Below are positions 58,683-64,000 of a stretch of DNA of 64,000 nucleotides, piece by piece. How positions within the stretch are numbered: position 1 is the stretch's first letter; each line of letters opens with the position of its first letter. The position numbers and the translations under genes were made by a program. The stretch covers positions 1 through 64,000 of the forward strand of contig JBKHIT010000018.1 of assembly GCA_046538485.1 (NCBI GenBank), read 5' to 3'. Source of the stretch: Candidatus Brocadiia bacterium (GTDB taxonomy: Bacteria; Planctomycetota; Brocadiia; SM23-32). Under the pieces are notes generated by a model. The model had not been told where the DNA came from and searched no databases. It worked only from the letters and a program-made list of their open reading frames with translations.

Positions 58683-60304
58683 ACCTCCTGGAATCCACAC
58701 CTATCAGGACTGAGAAATGTCCGCGAATTGAAGACCGCAAACGGATAAGCGCGGAGTTCGCGGGATACCTGGCCGATGAAAGCCGAACGCAGGCGGAAGG
58801 ACTCGACGTCATTTTTTTCCCGGAAAACCCCGCACAGGTTGCCGGAGCTGTCACACAATGCCACGATGCCGGGATGAAACTGACAGTTGCCGGCGCAAGA
58901 ACGGGGATTGTCGGTGGCGCGGTGCCCCTTAAATCAGATGCTGTGGTTGCCCTGGAAAAACTCAATCACATCAAATCCGTGCGATACGATCCAGACCGCG
59001 ATGCCTTTTTCGCACGGGTCCAGCCCGGCCTCGTGCTCGCCGATTTTCAGGAAGCCCTCCGCACCACGCGGCCAGCAGATTTGCCCTGGATCAGCGATAA
59101 AAACCGTGAGATGGGCATGAAAAAAATTAAAACTGCCGACGGACGCCTTTTTTACCCCGTCGATCCGACGGAAACTTCAGCTCAGATCGGGGGCACTGTG
59201 GCAACAAATGCCAGCGGTGCCCGCACCTTTCATTACGGTGCGACACGTGAATGGGTCGAAGGGGTGACCGTTGTCCTCAGTTCGGGAGAAATACTGCAGC
59301 TTCGTCGGGGCGACGCGACGGCCGACGATGGCATCTTCCGGCTCGCCAATTCTCTCGGGCAAGAAACCACCATTGACCTGCCTGATCTGAACATTCCCGA
59401 CACCAAACATACGGCCGGTTACTATCTCGTACACGGTATGGATGCCGTTGATCTGTTCGTGGGGAGCGAAGGAACGCTTGGCCTATTGGTCGAAATCGAA
59501 CTCCGTCTGGCGTTCGAACCACCGGAACGATTGTTCCTCACAGCATTTTTGCCCTCCGAAGAAAACGTCATTGAATTTGTCAACAGAGCGCGCATCTCTG
59601 AAGAGATCGACCCGCTTGCTATCGAATACATCGGCCCAAAAGCTCTGGACCTTCTCAGGGACAAACGGCGGAAAGAAGGGGCTTCAAGCGGCGTGCCACC
59701 TCTGGATGGAAATGCCGGCTGCGCGGTTTACCTGGAGATTAAGTTCGACGGGGACGATGAATTTCGGAAGATCTACGATTTTCTGGAGCAAGAATTGCAG
59801 GTGGCCGGGACAACGGCGTCAAAAAGCTGGGCCGGTTTTTCGCCGGGAGAACTCGGTCGTATGAAAGAGTTCCGGCACGCGGTCCCCGAATATGTCAACG
59901 GTATTATCGGGCGACGCCAGCGGAAAGTGCCGGCGTTGCATAAAATTGGCACCGACATGGCGGTCCCCAATGAACGGCTCGGAGACGTGATGTCGGTCTA
60001 CCGCAAAACCCTTGAAGATTCCGGCCTGCAATACGTGATTTTCGGTCATATCGGCGATAACCATCTTCACATTAACATTCTCCCCGAGAATAAAGCCGAA
60101 CTCGACCGGGCGATGGCACTCTATAAAAGTTTTGCCGACAATGTGGTGGCAATGGAAGGAAGCGTCTCTGCCGAACACGGGATTGGACGAATCAAACGGG
60201 ATTTTCTATCAGTACAATTTTCCAACGAAGAGCTCGAGCAAATGGAAAATGTGCGTCGCCAGTTCGACCCCGAAGGAATGTTCAATCCCGGAGTTTTGTT
60301 CTGA
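58679..60304 (+). CDS. FAD-binding oxidoreductase (D-lactate/glycolate dehydrogenase, LctD/GlcD-like)
   Basis: IGGTVATNASG, GSEGTLG, GHIGDNHLH, AEHGIG and DPEGMFNPG motifs. Confidence 0.88.
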   Translation: MNLLESTPIRTEKCPRIEDRKRISAEFAGYLADESRTQAEGLDVIFFPENPAQVAGAVTQCHDAGMKLTVAGARTGIVGGAVPLKSDAVVALEKLNHIKSVRYDPDRDAFFARVQPGLVLADFQEALRTTRPADLPWISDKNREMGMKKIKTADGRLFYPVDPTETSAQIGGTVATNASGARTFHYGATREWVEGVTVVLSSGEILQLRRGDATADDGIFRLANSLGQETTIDLPDLNIPDTKHTAGYYLVHGMDAVDLFVGSEGTLGLLVEIELRLAFEPPERLFLTAFLPSEENVIEFVNRARISEEIDPLAIEYIGPKALDLLRDKRRKEGASSGVPPLDGNAGCAVYLEIKFDGDDEFRKIYDFLEQELQVAGTTASKSWAGFSPGELGRMKEFRHAVPEYVNGIIGRRQRKVPALHKIGTDMAVPNERLGDVMSVYRKTLEDSGLQYVIFGHIGDNHLHINILPENKAELDRAMALYKSFADNVVAMEGSVSAEHGIGRIKRDFLSVQFSNEELEQMENVRRQFDPEGMFNPGVLF

Positions 60305-60527
60305 ACGGGGAAAAGCGAGCCATCCGAAACCGCAGAAATAGCCCGCTTTTATCAAGCAGTGCCTGTGCGGGAGCTGCGCGGAAGCCAAACGAAGGACGAG
60401 GAGCGCCCGCAGCCGCTGGTGTAGGTCGAACCATAAATATCCCCACCGCGGGGGGGATAGTATTCGTTTCGTGAGTCGGCCAACTTTTCCCAAGCTGAAC
60501 CAAACGGCCTATTTCCGTCAATACGCT

Positions 60528-60555
60528 TTGGCTAATCCGGGCGCTGCCATATAAT
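60528..60555 (+). promoter_or_regulatory. sigma70-type promoter
   Basis: TTGGCT-N16-TATAAT. Confidence 0.5.
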
Positions 60556-60596
60556 GCATTTGTATAGTCTTTGTTCAAATATCAGAGAGAGCCGCC

Positions 60597-61565
60597 ATGC
60601 CGGACGATATGAAAAAGAAATTGGATGACCTTATCGACGACGGCAAATCGGAGCCGAAAAACCCCCAAAAAGACTCGGAAGAACTCCAAAGCGCCGTGCG
60701 ACGGTGGCGGAAACAGTGCGAGGAACGCGTTTCCAAAAAAGCCGATAAAGAAATCCGATACGAGCGCGACATTCCCCGCATATCCTGCAATAATCCGGCG
60801 AACGATCGCAACCCGTCCTCGACCCGGGTCTCCCTCGAAGATGCTGTCGAAGGAGAAGAAGTATCCGTGCGGAAAGGCAGGACCATTTATCTGATTGAAA
60901 CCGCGTTCTCGGAAAAACCGGAACACATCGAGTTGTACAGTGAATTCATCGAGGCGCTCTCAAAACCACAATCCGGACTCCGTCATAGAATGCGCGATCT
61001 CTGGCCCGCGGAGGGTTTAGAACCGGAAGATATCGTTTTCATGGACCTTGAAACCACCGGGCTGGGCAGTTCCCCCCTCTTCCTGATCGGTTCCATGGAA
61101 TGTGAGAACGATCAATTAATTGTGCGCCAGTATCTTGCGCGCGACTACTCGGAAGAACCGGCGGCCATATTGCTGTTCAATCAGCGTTTCGCCGACAAAA
61201 AAATGCTCGTAACATTCAACGGAAAAAGTTTTGACCTGCCGTATCTACGCACACGGGCAGCAGCAACGGGGGTCGATCTGGCCGAAGAGCCGCTTCATTT
61301 CGATCTCCTCCATGTCTGCCGTCGCGTCTGGAAAAATCAATTGCCCAACTGTAAGCTCCAGACGCTCGAAACTTACATCTGTGGTCGTCCTCGGAACGGG
61401 GACATTCCCGGCGAACAGATCCCCGCGGCCTATCATCAGTTCGTGCGGAGCGGCAATGCCAACCAGATGGTAAAAATCCTCAAACATAACATGCTCGATA
61501 TCGTTACAATGGCCGATATCATGCGTCGTTTCACGCAACCGCCTGAGGGAAATTCGGACTCCTGA
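60597..61565 (+). CDS. RNase H-like DEDD exonuclease (YprB/MrfB-like)
   Basis: FMDLETTGL, FNGKSFDLP and HNMLDI motifs; next to a DUF1998 helicase. Confidence 0.85.
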   Translation: MPDDMKKKLDDLIDDGKSEPKNPQKDSEELQSAVRRWRKQCEERVSKKADKEIRYERDIPRISCNNPANDRNPSSTRVSLEDAVEGEEVSVRKGRTIYLIETAFSEKPEHIELYSEFIEALSKPQSGLRHRMRDLWPAEGLEPEDIVFMDLETTGLGSSPLFLIGSMECENDQLIVRQYLARDYSEEPAAILLFNQRFADKKMLVTFNGKSFDLPYLRTRAAATGVDLAEEPLHFDLLHVCRRVWKNQLPNCKLQTLETYICGRPRNGDIPGEQIPAAYHQFVRSGNANQMVKILKHNMLDIVTMADIMRRFTQPPEGNSDS

Positions 61566-61575
61566 AACCGACACA

Positions 61576-64000
61576 ATGACCAGCTTCGAATCATTCATCC
61601 GCGAACTTGAAGATTCCCCTGAATACCAGGGACAAATCGTTCATATCCGCCGGGTCGAACCGAGGGACGCCAGGTACGGGGAGCTGGGGCGGCCCTTTCC
61701 TGCTCCGATCGAAAGGGTTCTGGAAGATCGCGGGATCGAACGGCTCTACTCCCACCAGGCTCTGGCCACCAATATGGCCCGAGATGGCCAAGATGTGCTC
61801 ATCACAACAGGTACCGCCAGCGGGAAGACTCTCTGCTATGCCCTCCCGATTCTGGAAACGTTGCTCCAGGGGCGCCGGTCGCGTTCGCTCCTCCTCTTCC
61901 CCACAAAAGCTCTCACCCAGGACCAATTTCGGGGATTCTCCCGGGCGATGGAATCGGCGGTAATCGATGAATCGCTCGCCGGCGTCTACGATGGCGATAC
62001 GCCCTCCTCACTTCGGAAAAAACTGCGCACAAACGCCTCGGCGATATTCAGCAACCCCGACATGCTTCATGCTTCGATTATGCCTCAACACGGGCGCTGG
62101 GCGGAATTTATTGCCAATCTCGAGTATCTGGTCCTCGATGAAATCCACGTTTATAACGGCATATTTGGCTCGAACATGGCCAACCTCATGCATCGTTTCT
62201 GGCGCATTTGTGAGCGCTACGGCTCAGATCCGCAGATCATTGCCTGTTCGGCCACCATCGCCAACCCCGCCGAACTCGCTGAACGCCTGACCGGCCGTGA
62301 AATGGAAGTTATCAGCGAAGACGGAAGCCCGCGAGGTGGCAGAACGTACCTGTTCTGGAACCCGCCAACGGTCCGCGAAAGAGATTGGCGTTCGCGCCGA
62401 AGCGCAAACGTTGAGGCCCACGACCTGATGGTCCGGTTGGTCCAGCAGGGTATTCCCACAATCGTTTTCTCGAAAGCCCGCGTCACCGCTGAGATGATCT
62501 ACCGCTACGTGCGGGACAAACTCCGGGAGGAAACCCCGCAACTCGCGGGCAAAATCTGCCCCTACCGGGGCGGCTATCTACCTGAAGAACGCCGTGAGAT
62601 CGAGCGCCGACTCTTCGAGGGCGAATTGATGGGCGTCAGCACCACGCCAGCGCTGGAACTCGGAATCGATGTCGGCGTGCTCGATGCCAGCGTGGTCGTG
62701 GGCTACCCGGGAACCCTCGCCTCGTTCTTCCAACAGGCCGGTCGGGCCGGTCGCGAGGAACGGGACGCCCTGGTGATACTGATCGGCATTGACACAGCAA
62801 CCAACCAGTACGTGATGACGGAACCCGATTACATTTTCGGGCGCCCCATCGAAGCAGCGGTCCTCGAGCCCGAAAACCCCTTTGTGACGCTGGGACACCT
62901 ACGCTGTGCAAGCCATGAGCTGCCACTCAGCGATGAAGAAGCCGATTCCTTCGGGCCGGATTCCGACCTCGTCCTGAGCGTTCTTGAGGAAAACCACAAA
63001 ATCCACCGGATCGATGACAAATGGTACCACTCGGCAAGCGAAATCCCCCACCACGAGCTGGCGCTTCGCTACGCGTACGGTGAGACCGTGATGATCGAGG
63101 ACGAAGAAACGGGTGAGGTCATCGAGGAAGTGGACAAAGCCGACGCACCGCCTCTTGTACATCCGGACGCCATTTACCTGCACAACGGAGAAACCTGGCG
63201 TGTGCTGGATCTGGACATGGAACGCAACATCGCCACCGTCCGGCGGATCGACGTCGATTATTACACGCAGCCGCTCGGCGGAGCCGATGTTCATCACATC
63301 GATCTGAAACTGCGCGAAAAGCCTTTCGGGACGGGTGTGGCACATTGGGGCGAAGTGACGGCCTATGACCGGACTGTGGGATACGAAAAGATCCACTTCT
63401 ACGAACTCGATGCCATCAGCCGTCACGGACTTAACCTGCCGCCGCTGACCCTGGAGACAATGGCGTTCTGGATCGAGCCCCACGAACCACTTCTGGCCCG
63501 AGTTCGTAACGCCGGGCTAAACACCCACAGCGGTCTACGCGGCGTCGGCTACGCCACGCGTATGTTGCTGCCGCTGTTCATCACATGTAACACCCTCGAT
63601 TTCTCCCACACCATTGGCAGCGCGAACTCCCCGTGGCAATCGATTTTCGTCTACGAACTCTACACTCACGGGCTGGGGTTTACAGAAAAAGCCTATGAGC
63701 GGCTCGGCGAAATCATGCCAGCCGTCCTTGAACACATAAAATCCTGCGACTGCGAGGACGGATGCCCCGCGTGTGTTGGCAAACCACTCCGGCAATTTGC
63801 CTCCTGGAACGTCGAACGCCACGAGGGGGCCGTGCCGAGCCGGGAATCCGCAATTATGATTCTCGAAGGTCTGCTGGGCGATCGCTCGGCCCTGGATTGT
63901 CCGGACCGCACAAACCTGGCGGACCGAACCGACGGTGAAAAAGCGCGCCTGCGGAAAGCCCTCCGCCGGAGACTCGAGCGGATGCGCGAACCGCGTCTGC
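61576..64000 (+). CDS. DEAD/DEAH-box helicase with DUF1998 (YprA/MrfA/Hrq1-like), truncated by the window end
   Basis: Absent from the ORF track. Translating from the ATG at 61576 gives LYSHQ, TGTASGKT, DEIH, SATI, QQAGRAGR and CDCEDGCPAC, all in one frame. Confidence 0.92.
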   Translation, partial: MTSFESFIRELEDSPEYQGQIVHIRRVEPRDARYGELGRPFPAPIERVLEDRGIERLYSHQALATNMARDGQDVLITTGTASGKTLCYALPILETLLQGRRSRSLLLFPTKALTQDQFRGFSRAMESAVIDESLAGVYDGDTPSSLRKKLRTNASAIFSNPDMLHASIMPQHGRWAEFIANLEYLVLDEIHVYNGIFGSNMANLMHRFWRICERYGSDPQIIACSATIANPAELAERLTGREMEVISEDGSPRGGRTYLFWNPPTVRERDWRSRRSANVEAHDLMVRLVQQGIPTIVFSKARVTAEMIYRYVRDKLREETPQLAGKICPYRGGYLPEERREIERRLFEGELMGVSTTPALELGIDVGVLDASVVVGYPGTLASFFQQAGRAGREERDALVILIGIDTATNQYVMTEPDYIFGRPIEAAVLEPENPFVTLGHLRCASHELPLSDEEADSFGPDSDLVLSVLEENHKIHRIDDKWYHSASEIPHHELALRYAYGETVMIEDEETGEVIEEVDKADAPPLVHPDAIYLHNGETWRVLDLDMERNIATVRRIDVDYYTQPLGGADVHHIDLKLREKPFGTGVAHWGEVTAYDRTVGYEKIHFYELDAISRHGLNLPPLTLETMAFWIEPHEPLLARVRNAGLNTHSGLRGVGYATRMLLPLFITCNTLDFSHTIGSANSPWQSIFVYELYTHGLGFTEKAYERLGEIMPAVLEHIKSCDCEDGCPACVGKPLRQFASWNVERHEGAVPSRESAIMILEGLLGDRSALDCPDRTNLADRTDGEKARLRKALRRRLERMREPRL

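Overview
Bacterial chromosomal window, probably Planctomycetota/PVC (inference from a DUF1559-type prepilin-like gene and the REP styles). From left to right it holds: (1) a type I-C CRISPR-Cas locus on the minus strand (cas3-cas5-cas8c with an embedded cas11-cas7-cas4-cas1-cas2-leader-array of at least 36 repeats); (2) a V/A-type ATPase operon bracketed by a translationally coupled PTS-IIA gene and a Usp gene; (3) an outer-membrane barrel gene divergent from a ~22 kb type II FAS/PKS-like lipid cluster with three ACPs, two KS/CLF-like pairs, two B12-binding radical SAMs, a radical SAM-SPASM/hotdog fusion, MMPL/LolA export genes and a discrete adenylation/carrier/HxxxD acyltransferase set. The cluster resembles the 'ladderane-island' type and is interrupted by an antisense prepilin-like gene flanked by 113-bp direct repeats; (4) tsaB, a second Usp and a rod-shaped ncRNA candidate (6S-like); (5) four TadE/G-like pseudopilin genes, including a 1493-bp near-perfect duplicate whose identity is confined to the ORF; (6) etfBA plus an FAD oxidoreductase (LctBCD-like); (7) a YprB/MrfB exonuclease and a YprA/MrfA DUF1998 helicase that runs off the window end. 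All calls come from reading motifs by eye; no database search was run.
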